From the NCBI GenBank assembly GCA_963769025.1, contig CAVYKI010000003.1, positions 288,001 to 352,000 on the forward strand: a stretch of 64,000 nucleotides of DNA, given 5' to 3'. This document shows, piece after piece, positions 34,196 through 45,238 of the stretch (the first letter of the stretch is position 1; every line of letters begins with the position of its first letter). The position numbers and the translations under genes are program-made. This stretch comes from an uncultured Verrucomicrobiae bacterium (GTDB lineage: Bacteria; Verrucomicrobiota; Verrucomicrobiia; Chthoniobacterales; Chthoniobacteraceae). The notes beneath the pieces are model-generated. The model saw nothing but the letters and a program-made list of their open reading frames with translations. It had not been told where the DNA came from and searched no databases.

Positions 34196-35455
34196 TCACA
34201 ACCGGTCGGCGGCGAGCAGGATTCCGGCGGCCTTGTCGAGCGTCTCCTGCCACTCGGCCTCGGGCGAGCTGTCGGCGACGATGCCCGAGCCGACTTGGAA
34301 ATGCGCAACGGCGCCGGTGCCGTTTTCGGGGCGCTCGATGACCACGGTGCGGATGGCGATGGAAAACTGGCTCTCGCCATTGAACCCGAACCAGCCGAGC
34401 GCGCCCGTGTAGAGGCCGCGCGGCGCCGGTTCAAGTTCGGCGATGATTTCGCGGGCGCGCTTTTTCGGTGCGCCGGTGATGCTGCCGCCGGGGAAGCACG
34501 CGCGGAATGCGGCCGCGTGATCGATGCCGGGACGGAGGCGGCCCTCGACGGTGGAGACGAGGTGGAAGACCTGCTCGTGGCGCTCGAGCTTCAGCAACTC
34601 GGGGACGGTGACGCTGCCGAAGTCACACACACCGCCGAGGTCGTTGCGCTCGAGGTCGGTGATCATCACGAGCTCGGCGACCTCCTTTGCCGAAGTGAGG
34701 AGATCGAACGCGCTGCACTCGTCGGCAAGTGCATCGGCGCGGCGCGGGCGCGTGCCCTTGATCGGGCGCGTGCGGATCGCGCGGCCGCTCATTTTCAAAA
34801 ACGACTCGGGCGAGGTGGAGAGGATCGTGCAGCCGCCGAGGTCGAGGAACGCGGCATTTGGCGCGGGCGAATAATGCCGGAGCGCCTCGTAAAATGCCCA
34901 CGGCTCGCCGCTCCACCGAGCCGACATGCGATGCGAAAGGTTCACCTGATAGATGTCACCGGCGGCGATGTATTCCTGCGCACGGCGGACCATGGCGAGG
35001 AAGGTTTCGCGCGGCATCGTGGGCTGGAAATCGGGTCGTTCGCAGCGCGGCGAGCCGGCGCCGTGCGCGAGGCGAGACGCGAGATCGCCGGTGCTGTACC
35101 AGCGCTGCTCGGCGTGGCGGTAGAGCAGCGCATCATCGTAGAGGCCGAAACAAAAGCGGCCGTCGTAATCCACATGCCCCGCGGCGAAGCCGTGCGGCAG
35201 GCCGTCGTCGCTCCCATGCGGGCATTCGCGAGCCGCGAGCGCCGCGCGCAGCGAATCCCAGTCGTGCGCGACGTGGCCGCGAAGCACCTCGCACGGGGAA
35301 GCAGCCACGACGGAGATGGCCGCGGGATCGCCCTCCGCCTTTGCGGTGTCAAAGAAGGCGAGGCCCGGCAGGTGACGCAGTCGCGCCGCGACTTCGGCAG
35401 GAGCGAGCTCAAGCGTGATCGGCTGTGCGGCGTGACTTGACGTGAAGACTGGCAC
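34196..35455 (-). CDS. pabB: Aminodeoxychorismate synthase component I
   Basis: GDIYQVNL, SPESFL, TRPIKGT (PabB-type Lys), ELVMITDLERNDL, FPGGSITGAPK; GTG start approximate. Confidence 0.88.
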   Translation of the reverse strand: MPVFTSSHAAQPITLELAPAEVAARLRHLPGLAFFDTAKAEGDPAAISVVAASPCEVLRGHVAHDWDSLRAALAARECPHGSDDGLPHGFAAGHVDYDGRFCFGLYDDALLYRHAEQRWYSTGDLASRLAHGAGSPRCERPDFQPTMPRETFLAMVRRAQEYIAAGDIYQVNLSHRMSARWSGEPWAFYEALRHYSPAPNAAFLDLGGCTILSTSPESFLKMSGRAIRTRPIKGTRPRRADALADECSAFDLLTSAKEVAELVMITDLERNDLGGVCDFGSVTVPELLKLERHEQVFHLVSTVEGRLRPGIDHAAAFRACFPGGSITGAPKKRAREIIAELEPAPRGLYTGALGWFGFNGESQFSIAIRTVVIERPENGTGAVAHFQVGSGIVADSSPEAEWQETLDKAAGILLAADRL

Positions 35456-35520
35456 TCCCCGGCAATTCGCCAGATGCGCGGGCTTTTCAAACGAAAACTC
35501 TCCGCATACCGTGCGCCCCG

Positions 35521-36081
35521 ATGCGCTTTTCATACCATCTCGTGCCATGGCTGGCAGTCGCCGCCGCGTGCTCGGCATTTGCCGCGGACCCCGCCGCTCC
35601 CGGTGGCGCAGATCTGCTCCCGCCGTTGCCTGCTACTCCCGCAAAGGCTCGCGCCATAAATCCGGAGCCACTCCAATTCGACGAGCCACTCGTCCGGCCC
35701 CACACGCCGCCCCAGCTCTTGCCCGACGATCTCCCGCCGGCACGGAAACGTCCCGGCTCCGCGAAATCGCCCGCCGGCGGAAAGCCGCGTCCGATTCCAA
35801 AGGAACAGGCCGCTGCCGTCGAACTCGACCTGCGCATCCGCTACAGCAAAGCCCGCAATATCGCCGATGCCCACGCAAAGGTCCGCGCCGCGTGGGACGA
35901 TTCGCGCAACCTGAAAACCGACTACGCAAAACGGGAGGCCCTCAAGCGCTACTACGAAGTCCTTTTCGCGCAGATGCTCGCCGTGGATCGCGGCATCGCC
36001 CCGCTGGTCGAGAAGCGCCGCAAGACGGAGTTCGCCAATCTCACCCAGTCGAAAATCGCCCCGACCGTCCCGAACGAGTAA
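35521..36081 (+). CDS. Secreted hypothetical protein (Pro-rich N-terminus, helical C-terminus)
   Basis: Signal peptide MRFSYHLVPWLAVAAACSAFA; host-like codon usage. Confidence 0.7.
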   Translation: MRFSYHLVPWLAVAAACSAFAADPAAPGGADLLPPLPATPAKARAINPEPLQFDEPLVRPHTPPQLLPDDLPPARKRPGSAKSPAGGKPRPIPKEQAAAVELDLRIRYSKARNIADAHAKVRAAWDDSRNLKTDYAKREALKRYYEVLFAQMLAVDRGIAPLVEKRRKTEFANLTQSKIAPTVPNE

Positions 36082-36153
36082 AAATCCGCCGGGCACAGAT
36101 TCCCATTGCGGAGCGGGACACTCACGGTAACCTCCCGCCCCTGTTTTCCAACT

Positions 36154-36226
<73 letters not shown>

Positions 36227-36415
36227 CTTCTCTGAAATTCGCGTCTTCAGAGCCAGGGCACGAGTTGTCCTTTCGTGCTCATTCCGGGGCGTCCCAGCCC
36301 TTGTTTTTCCGTTCCCACACGCGGACAGAGTCCACCTCCACCACGGCCGGGATTTCCGCTCATCGCCGCCGAGGAACGCTCTGAGGCGTCACGTGTTCGT
36401 CCATGCAGCGCTCGC

Positions 36416-37948
36416 TCACTTCCACGCCTTCTCCCGCACTTTCATCAGGTCGGGATACCTCTCATCGAAGTCACCGACGTGCTCCTTCACGCGCAACAGT
36501 TCCTTTTTCAAATCATCGCGCACTTTGCCGTATTCGGGCTCGGCAAAGACGTTGCGCAGTTCCATCGGGTCTTTGCGCAAGTCGTAGAGTTCCCAACCGG
36601 GCGTGCTCGGCGGATGCGGGGTCTTGGCGTAGATCTCGGCGTCGAGCGGGAGGCCGTAGAAGAAGATCAGTTTATGGTCCTTCGTGCGGATGCCGTAGTG
36701 CGCCGGGTTGTCGTGATGCTCCATGTGCATCCAATAGCGGTAGTAGGTCGCCTTGCGCCAATCGGCGCGTTCGGCCTCGCCGCGGAGCATGGGCAGGAAG
36801 CTGCGGCCTTGCATGGACTCGGGCGTGGTCGCGCCGGCGGCCGCGAGCAGCGTGGGCGCGAAGTCGGTGTTGTTGATCAACGCATCGGGCCTGGTGCCGG
36901 CTTTGATCCACTTCGGGTACCGCGCGACGAAGGGCATCCGCAATGACTCCTCATACATCCAGCGTTTGTCGATGTAGTCGTGCTCGCCGAGCATGAAGCC
37001 CTGGTCGGACGTGTAAATGATGAGCGTGTTGTCGAGCTGGCCGGACTTTTCGAGGTAGTCGAGCAGGCGCGCGATGTTGTCATCCACACCGCGGACGCAG
37101 CGCAGGTATTTCTTCATGTAGCGCTGGTAGGCGGTGCGCTTGTATTCGTCATCAGGCAGGTTTGGATCGACGAACATGTGCATGCCCATGTTGCGCCGCA
37201 TGTTCCGTTTTCCGACCGACGTGCCTGTGCCTTTCGTCGCCTCGGAGCCATAGTTGGGGTTCGTCCACAGGCTCTCCGGCTCGGGGATTTTCACGTCGTC
37301 GTAGAGAAAGTCGTAGCGCTCGGCGTTCTCGAAGTTGTCATGCGGCGCCTTAAAATGGTGCATGAGGAAAAACGGCTTGCCGGACTTGCGGCTCTTCAAC
37401 CACGCCAGCGAGATGTCCGTCACCGCATCGCTCTCGTGCGTCGAATCGGAGCCCGCGACGCGGCGCGTGTTCTGCGGCCACGGCTTCGGCCCGCGCTCGA
37501 GGTAGATCGGGTTGAAATACGAGCCCTGTCCCGGATAGACGGAGTAGTAATCAAACGCCGCAGGCTCCGCTTCGAGATGCCACTTGCCGACCATGGCGGT
37601 CTCGTAACCGGCGGCCTTCATTTGCAGCGGCAGGGTTTGCTTCGCCTCCGGCAGCGAGCCGATGAGCGTGCGGATGCCGTTCACATGGCTGTATTGGCCG
37701 GTGAGGATCGTCGCGCGGCTCGGCGTGCAGATGGAGTTGGTGCAAAAGGCATTGGTGAGCATCACCCCTTCCCGCACGAGCCGATCGATCGTCGGCGTCG
37801 GATTCAGGGCCGCAAGCCGTCCGCCATAGGCGCCGATGGCCGACGACGCATGATCGTCGGACATGATGTAGAGAATGTTCGGCTGCTCTGCGGCACGCAG
37901 CGGGAGCGCGGCAACGAATGCGAAGACCAAGGCAAGGAACCGTTTCAT
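36416..37948 (-). CDS. Sulfatase (S1, Cys-type), secreted
   Basis: PNILYIMSDDH, CTPSRATILTG, GKWHL, SDQG, ELYDLRKDPME. Confidence 0.95.
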   Translation of the reverse strand: MKRFLALVFAFVAALPLRAAEQPNILYIMSDDHASSAIGAYGGRLAALNPTPTIDRLVREGVMLTNAFCTNSICTPSRATILTGQYSHVNGIRTLIGSLPEAKQTLPLQMKAAGYETAMVGKWHLEAEPAAFDYYSVYPGQGSYFNPIYLERGPKPWPQNTRRVAGSDSTHESDAVTDISLAWLKSRKSGKPFFLMHHFKAPHDNFENAERYDFLYDDVKIPEPESLWTNPNYGSEATKGTGTSVGKRNMRRNMGMHMFVDPNLPDDEYKRTAYQRYMKKYLRCVRGVDDNIARLLDYLEKSGQLDNTLIIYTSDQGFMLGEHDYIDKRWMYEESLRMPFVARYPKWIKAGTRPDALINNTDFAPTLLAAAGATTPESMQGRSFLPMLRGEAERADWRKATYYRYWMHMEHHDNPAHYGIRTKDHKLIFFYGLPLDAEIYAKTPHPPSTPGWELYDLRKDPMELRNVFAEPEYGKVRDDLKKELLRVKEHVGDFDERYPDLMKVREKAWK

Positions 37949-37961
37949 CGTGGGTGGAAAG

Positions 37962-39398
<1,437 letters not shown>

Positions 39399-39404
39399 CG
39401 GGGC

Positions 39405-42275
39405 TTAGTAGAGGTAGGTGAATTCGTGCGTGTTGAACAAAGCGAGGCAGAGGTCCGCCAGCCCGCGCGTCTCCGGGCCGACGTCAGACGGCTTCGCGTC
39501 CGGGACATAATTCTCAAACACCGGCAGGATCTCCTCATACTCGAAAATCTTCCCGGAAAACTCCTCGACGAGTGAGCGAGTGACCTTGGTCGGATACTTC
39601 ACCGGCTCCACTTTCACGCCGCGATGATAGTCCTGCATCTTGCGCACATAACCCGACATGCGCTGCAACTCGGCATCGCTCGGCGCACGATTGAGCGCGA
39701 GTTCGAAAGCGCGGCGCACCTGCTGCCCGATGGTCGCGGCCTCCTTTTGCACGCGGAGTGCGAAGGCGATCGAGCGATCCGTGATGAGGTCGCTGTTCAT
39801 CATCGTGAATGCCTGCGGCGAAACCGCGGCGGAATCGCGAAGGTCGCACGACTCGTTCGGATTCGGCAGATTGAAGACTTCGAGGAATGGGTCGGCCTGG
39901 CCGCGCACCCGATAGGCGTAGATGCTCCGGCGGTTGCGCTCCTGCGGGGTGCGCGAGGGCTGGTAAGCCGGCGCCAGCGAGAATTGGATCATGCGCGGCT
40001 GCAGGGCGACTTCGAGATTGATCTCCGGCATCGCGGGGAGGCCGCCGAGCGCAGGATTCAGTTCACCGGTGACGTGCAGCATCGCGTCGCGCAGTTCCTC
40101 GGCCGTCAGCCGGCGGTTCGGAAAGTAGGCGAACAGATCGTTGTTCGGATCGTCGTTGCGCAGCTTTTCACCGTCCGGGTGGCGCGCGTCCATTTGGTAA
40201 GCCTTCGACGTCATGATGAGTTTGTGCAGGCGCTTGAACGTCCAGCCGTGCTCGACGAAATCCGCGCTGAGCCAGTCGAGCAATTCGGGGTGGGTCGGCT
40301 TGCCGCCCTTCACCCCGAAATTGTTCGGCGTGCTGACGATTGGCTTCCCAAAATGATACTGCCATACGCGGTTCACGATTGAGCGTGTGGTCAGCGGATT
40401 GCGCGCATCGGCGATCCACTTCGCCAGGCCGAGACGGCGGTTTGTCAGATCATCCGGCAGCACGTAAGGATCGGACGGAGCGCCCTCGACGGCCAAACCT
40501 ATCGCGCTGAGCACGCCGGGCTGCACTTTTTCGCCCGGTGCCTCGATGGAGCCGCCCGTCAGAATGTGCGTCTCGGGACGCCAGTTGGCATTGATGGTTT
40601 CCGGCATCCGCAGCTTGCGGGCACTCTTGAAGGAAAGCTTCGGGTCCGGCCCGTCGAACACACTCTGGACCATCGGCTCGTAACGCTCCCGGGCGCGTTC
40701 CCATATCCACTCGTCCTGCTCGCGCACCTTGAGCTGGCCTTCCTCCACATGATCGAGCCCGACGGCGCGCGGCGGCTTCTCTTCATCGGGCAGCTTCTGG
40801 CGCGCCTCATTCGATTTGTAAGGGAGCCGGTGCTCCTTGAACCATTCGCGCGCCGCGGCCTCGCGCTTTTCAACGATCTTGTTCTTCTCCGCCGACGCGA
40901 AGGCCAGCATCCGCTCCACAAATGCCTTCCCGTCCTCAAATCCGCCGCGCCTTTCCTCCGGCAGAAAGCGCAGCGGACGCTCGGCCATCTGGGTGCCGGA
41001 GATCGCGGAGTAAATGCGGTAGTAGTCGCGCGTCGGCAGCGGATCGAACTTGTGATCGTGGCACTTGAAGCAGCGCAGTGTTGTCGCGAGAAACGTCTGG
41101 CCCACGACATTCACGAGATCATCGCGATAAATCTGCCGCGCCTCCTCGTCCTTCACCATCGCATTGTCCCATGGGCCAATGCGCAGGAAGCCGGTGGCCA
41201 CGATTTGCTCGGCTTCCTTCTCGGCAAAAGCTCCCGTCTTGCGCACCTCCTTGACCCTTTGCGGGTCGCCGCCGAGACGCTTTGCCGCGGAAGCATCGGC
41301 GAGTTGGTCGCCCGCAAGCTGTTCGATTACGAATTCGTTGTAAGGCTTGTCCGCATTGAACGCGCGGATCACGTAGTCGCGATAGCGCCACATGTTCGAG
41401 CGCTCGAAGTCATTCGCCATCCCGCCCGTGTCCGCGTAGCGCGCGACATCGAGCCAATGCTGCGCCCAACGCTCGCCGTAGTGAGGACTCGCGAGCAGGC
41501 GATCAATGAGATCGCTCCACGCCTTTTGCGCGTCCGCCTTCCACGCCGCGAGAAAAACCGCGCTCTCCTCCGGCGTCGGCGGAAGGCCGAGCAGGTCGAA
41601 AGTCGCGCGTCGGATCAGCGTGCGCGGATCCGCCTGCGCGGCCGGCTGCACCGACGCCTTCGCGAGTTTGGTCGCAATGAAATGATCCACCGGGTTCTCA
41701 CCTTTCGCGTCTGCGAGCGCAGGCTTCTTCACCGGCAGAAATCCCCATACGTCCTCCGGCTTGTAGCGCCGGTAAGTCCACGCATCGTCGAGCCCGCCGC
41801 TGGTCTTCCAGATGACGCCATCCGCGTTTGATGCGACCGCCCATTCCTCTTCGCGCAGTTTCTTCTGCTCGGCCTCGCTTGGCCAGGGCGCGCCGGCGTC
41901 GATCCATTTGCGCACGAGTTCGATCTGCTCCTGGGTGAGCCGGTCGTTCTCCTTCGGCGGCATTTCGAGGTCTTTATCCTTCCACGTCACGGCGACGAAC
42001 ATCGAACTGCCTTCCGCATTTCCCGGCACCAGCACTTTATCCGAGCTCTCGCCTCCTTTGAGCAGCCCTTCGCGCGTCAGCATGTTCAGGTCGCCTTTGA
42101 TCTTCTTCGGGTCGTCGCCGTGGCAGGCGAAGCACTTCGATTTCAGCAGCGGCAGCACCTTGATCGCAAAGTCCTTCACAGCCACCTGCGGATCGGCGGG
42201 AGCGGCGTGAAGCGCGCCCACGGGCAGGAGCGCGGCAAAGGTGGCGAGGAGCAGTGGGAGGTTACGGTTTTCCAT
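39405..42275 (-). CDS. Planctomycete cytochrome c + DUF1549 (PSCyt2) + DUF1553 (PSD1) protein
   Basis: CFACH, YGERWAQHWLDVARYADT, CFKCHDHKFDP, VNRVWQYHFG, PTHPELLDWL, RRSIY; start at 42275 or 42290. Confidence 0.93.
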   Translation of the reverse strand: MENRNLPLLLATFAALLPVGALHAAPADPQVAVKDFAIKVLPLLKSKCFACHGDDPKKIKGDLNMLTREGLLKGGESSDKVLVPGNAEGSSMFVAVTWKDKDLEMPPKENDRLTQEQIELVRKWIDAGAPWPSEAEQKKLREEEWAVASNADGVIWKTSGGLDDAWTYRRYKPEDVWGFLPVKKPALADAKGENPVDHFIATKLAKASVQPAAQADPRTLIRRATFDLLGLPPTPEESAVFLAAWKADAQKAWSDLIDRLLASPHYGERWAQHWLDVARYADTGGMANDFERSNMWRYRDYVIRAFNADKPYNEFVIEQLAGDQLADASAAKRLGGDPQRVKEVRKTGAFAEKEAEQIVATGFLRIGPWDNAMVKDEEARQIYRDDLVNVVGQTFLATTLRCFKCHDHKFDPLPTRDYYRIYSAISGTQMAERPLRFLPEERRGGFEDGKAFVERMLAFASAEKNKIVEKREAAAREWFKEHRLPYKSNEARQKLPDEEKPPRAVGLDHVEEGQLKVREQDEWIWERARERYEPMVQSVFDGPDPKLSFKSARKLRMPETINANWRPETHILTGGSIEAPGEKVQPGVLSAIGLAVEGAPSDPYVLPDDLTNRRLGLAKWIADARNPLTTRSIVNRVWQYHFGKPIVSTPNNFGVKGGKPTHPELLDWLSADFVEHGWTFKRLHKLIMTSKAYQMDARHPDGEKLRNDDPNNDLFAYFPNRRLTAEELRDAMLHVTGELNPALGGLPAMPEINLEVALQPRMIQFSLAPAYQPSRTPQERNRRSIYAYRVRGQADPFLEVFNLPNPNESCDLRDSAAVSPQAFTMMNSDLITDRSIAFALRVQKEAATIGQQVRRAFELALNRAPSDAELQRMSGYVRKMQDYHRGVKVEPVKYPTKVTRSLVEEFSGKIFEYEEILPVFENYVPDAKPSDVGPETRGLADLCLALFNTHEFTYLY

Positions 42276-42286
42276 ATTCGTAAAAG

Positions 42287-43177
42287 TCATTTTCTTTCCC
42301 ACACCCGGACGTAGTCCACGTCCATGGAAGTCGGGAAACCTTCGGCGGTCGCCGCTTGCGGAACCGGTTTCATGTCCTGGCCCACCCAACCGATGTGAGG
42401 ATGCCGCAGGCCGAGTGAAAGGGTGACGTTCATTGGCAGGTGCCAGTATTTGTTCGGCTTCCTGGCGACCTCCTTGCCGTCGATATACCAGACGATCGTC
42501 TCCGGGGTGACATCGCAGCCATAGACGTGAAAGTCAGCACGCGGATCCCAAGGGGCCGTCCATGAATTCGCACACAGTTCCGGGTCCATCAGCGGCCGCA
42601 CCCATCGGACCTTCCCGTCTTTGTCAGCCAGGCGCAGGTGGAGATTCATATCGATGACATTGACCGCGTCGCGCTCCTTGGTCTGGCGGTTCAGCTCATT
42701 CATCTGCAGTTCGACGAAATCAATCTCGCAGTAGCGGACTTCGCCAGTGGTCTCCTTGCCATCGCTGAACACCCAGAAGGCCGGGCAGGCTCCCGGGAAA
42801 AGACTGCACCCTTTGATCCGCGCCTCATAGTAGCCGTAGGTGCGTTTCTGGTAAGAGCGGAGGATGCCTGACTTGTAAAAAAGTTTTTTGCCGTTCCTTT
42901 CGTGCGGCTCATAAGTCATGCGGAGGACAAGTTTGCCGTTCTCCACAAAGGCGTTGTCTTTGTCCCAAGTCCACGGACCCCAGCTTGGCGGATGGTTGGT
43001 CCACTTCCGCGAATCGAGTTCGGACGCATTAAACTCGTCAGAATATCCCGGCTTGAGTTCCCAGGCGCCCGACTGTCCAAGCGGCGCCGCAGGCATTGGC
43101 TCCGCTGCGGGAGCGGTGAGCGGATGCAGCCCCGCCAGTACCAGGCAGGCGACGAAAGGTAGGCAGTGCGTTTTCAT
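42287..43177 (-). CDS. cgkA: GH16 glycoside hydrolase, kappa-carrageenase-like
   Basis: Signal peptide; [25 protein letters not shown], catalytic [49 protein letters not shown], which track the Pseudoalteromonas CgkA sequence as I recall it. Confidence 0.8.
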   Translation of the reverse strand: MKTHCLPFVACLVLAGLHPLTAPAAEPMPAAPLGQSGAWELKPGYSDEFNASELDSRKWTNHPPSWGPWTWDKDNAFVENGKLVLRMTYEPHERNGKKLFYKSGILRSYQKRTYGYYEARIKGCSLFPGACPAFWVFSDGKETTGEVRYCEIDFVELQMNELNRQTKERDAVNVIDMNLHLRLADKDGKVRWVRPLMDPELCANSWTAPWDPRADFHVYGCDVTPETIVWYIDGKEVARKPNKYWHLPMNVTLSLGLRHPHIGWVGQDMKPVPQAATAEGFPTSMDVDYVRVWERK

Positions 43178-43580
43178 GGCTTGGGAGGCAAAGCGCCTTG
43201 CTCCTCGTGGACGCCGGTTATGTGTGCGCGGAGTTGTGCGGCGAGAGTCTCAACGTTTTGTGGATTCGCCTTCGCGATGTTCACCGTCTCGTGCGGGTCG
43301 GTCTCGTGGTCGTAGAGTTCTTCGGCGAGCGGTTCACTCATGGGCTTGCGGCGGTCGAGCCAGGCGGTGTAGCGGTAGCGGTCCGTGCGCATGCTGTAGC
43401 CCATGAGGTGTTGGTTGAAGAGTTCGGCATCATAGCGATCGCCGTGCTCTTGTTTGAGCTTCGCTTCCACCTCGGCAATGACGGGACCGAAGTAGGTTCC
43501 GCGCATCGCGGGAGAGCGCGGACGCGCGGCCCACTCTCGCAATGCAGGTGACGGAAACTGGCTGAACGCGGCGGGCTTCC
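43174..43580 (-). pseudogene. C-terminal fragment of a sulfatase; N-terminus missing
   Basis: [18 protein letters not shown]...[15 protein letters not shown]...[16 protein letters not shown]; no catalytic CxPxR present. Confidence 0.85.
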
Positions 43581-45238
43581 TTCCACGATCCGTCTACCTG
43601 CTGCGCGAGGATGCGATAGCCGGGGAACACTCCCCTGCCACCCTGTTCGAGGTAATCGGTCTCGAAATAGTATTCGCGATTCGAACTGAAGCGGAAGCGA
43701 TTCACCTCCTGCGCCTGAGGGAAATGAATCTCGACCCGCGGCTTCTTCTTGCCGCCCGGCGGCGCCTTGGATTTCCAAATCATCGTGCCGTATTGCCCGT
43801 CGTTCGCCCTCTCGACGCCGGCTCCCGGATCGGCCATCTCAGGGTCTTCCGCCAGCTTGGTGCCAGCGGACGCGAGCGCGAGATTCACTTTGAAATCCTT
43901 GGTGCCGAAGACTTCGAGTTCATCAATGAACGTGCTCGCGCGATCAAACTCGATGCGCAGCGCCTGCGTGGTCGTATTCGGAAAGACCATGTCCGTGTAG
44001 CCGCCCTTGTCCTCCTCCCAGACTCCGACGCCTTCGCGCAGGACCGCGCGCTCCTTGTTGAGCTGCGGATAAAGCCCGTTCGCACGCTCCACACGCGGAT
44101 GCTCCTTCGCCAATTCCGGGCGGCGTCCGCCGAAATCCACGCCCTGAAATACGGCCGTGAGCGAGTAGTAATCCTGAATCGAAATCAGATCGAATTTGTG
44201 ATTGTGGCAGCGTGCGCAGCTCACGGTCATGCCGAGCACGGAGGCGCCGACGGTTTGCATCATTTCATCCAGACGATCCGCGCGCGCCTGGCGGATCGCC
44301 GTCGGCTCCCGCCCCACCGTGGCCGCGGGCACATGCGGCCCGGCAACAAGAAAGCCCGTCGCTTCCCCCGCGCCCATCTGATCGCCCGCGATCTGTTCCT
44401 GGATGAAGCGATCATACGGAACGTCGTTGTTGAACGCGCGCACGACGTAGTCGCGATAGATCCATGCGTTCTTGCGGTAAAGATTCGCCTCCGAGCCATT
44501 CGATTCCGCCCAGCGGATGACATCGAGCCAGTGCTGCGCCCAGCGTTCGCCGCAGCGCGGCGAGGCGAGCAGCTCATCCACGAGCGCGGTGTAAGCTGCC
44601 CCGGCATCGGCCTTCGAGTCGGCGAGGAATTTCTCCACGCGCTCCGGCGTCGGATCGAGGCCGGTGAGAATCACGGACACGCGCCGGATCAGCGCGCGCG
44701 GATCGGCCGGCGGATTGCAGGCGAGATTCATTGCGCCGAGTTTCTCGAGAAGGAATGCATCAATCGCAGTCGCCGCGCCCGCCTGCTTCGGCACCGCGGG
44801 TCGCACGACCGGCTTCAGCGACCAAAGATCGGAGGTCACTTTCGCGACCGCCTCCATTTGCCCCGGCCACACCGCGCCCTCGGCGATCCATTGCTCCAGC
44901 AGCGCGATCTGTTCTGCGGTGAGCGGGTCGCCCTTCGGCGGCATTTTCAAATCCGGGTCGGTGCCCTTCACTGCGTCGATCAGCGCACTGCCCTTCGGAT
45001 TCCCAGGAACGATCCCCGGAAGCCCCGAGTCGCCGCCCTTCAGCATCACCGCCCGCTGATCCACACGAAACCCCGCCTTCTGCTTCTCCGGCCCGTGGCA
45101 TTTTATGCACCGCTCCTCAAAGATCGGCCGGATCTCCTTCTCGAAATCCACCGCCCGCACAGCCGGTGTGGCTAGCGCGGCGAAGGCAAGGCAGAGTGAG
45201 AACCCTATAATTATGTGTGTCGGCCTACGGTTTCCCAT
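43581..45238 (-). pseudogene. Planctomycete cytochrome c + DUF1549 protein, truncated before DUF1553
   Basis: CIKCH, GERWAQHWLDVIRWAES, CARCHNHKFD; runs directly into the sulfatase fragment at ~43580. Confidence 0.85.
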
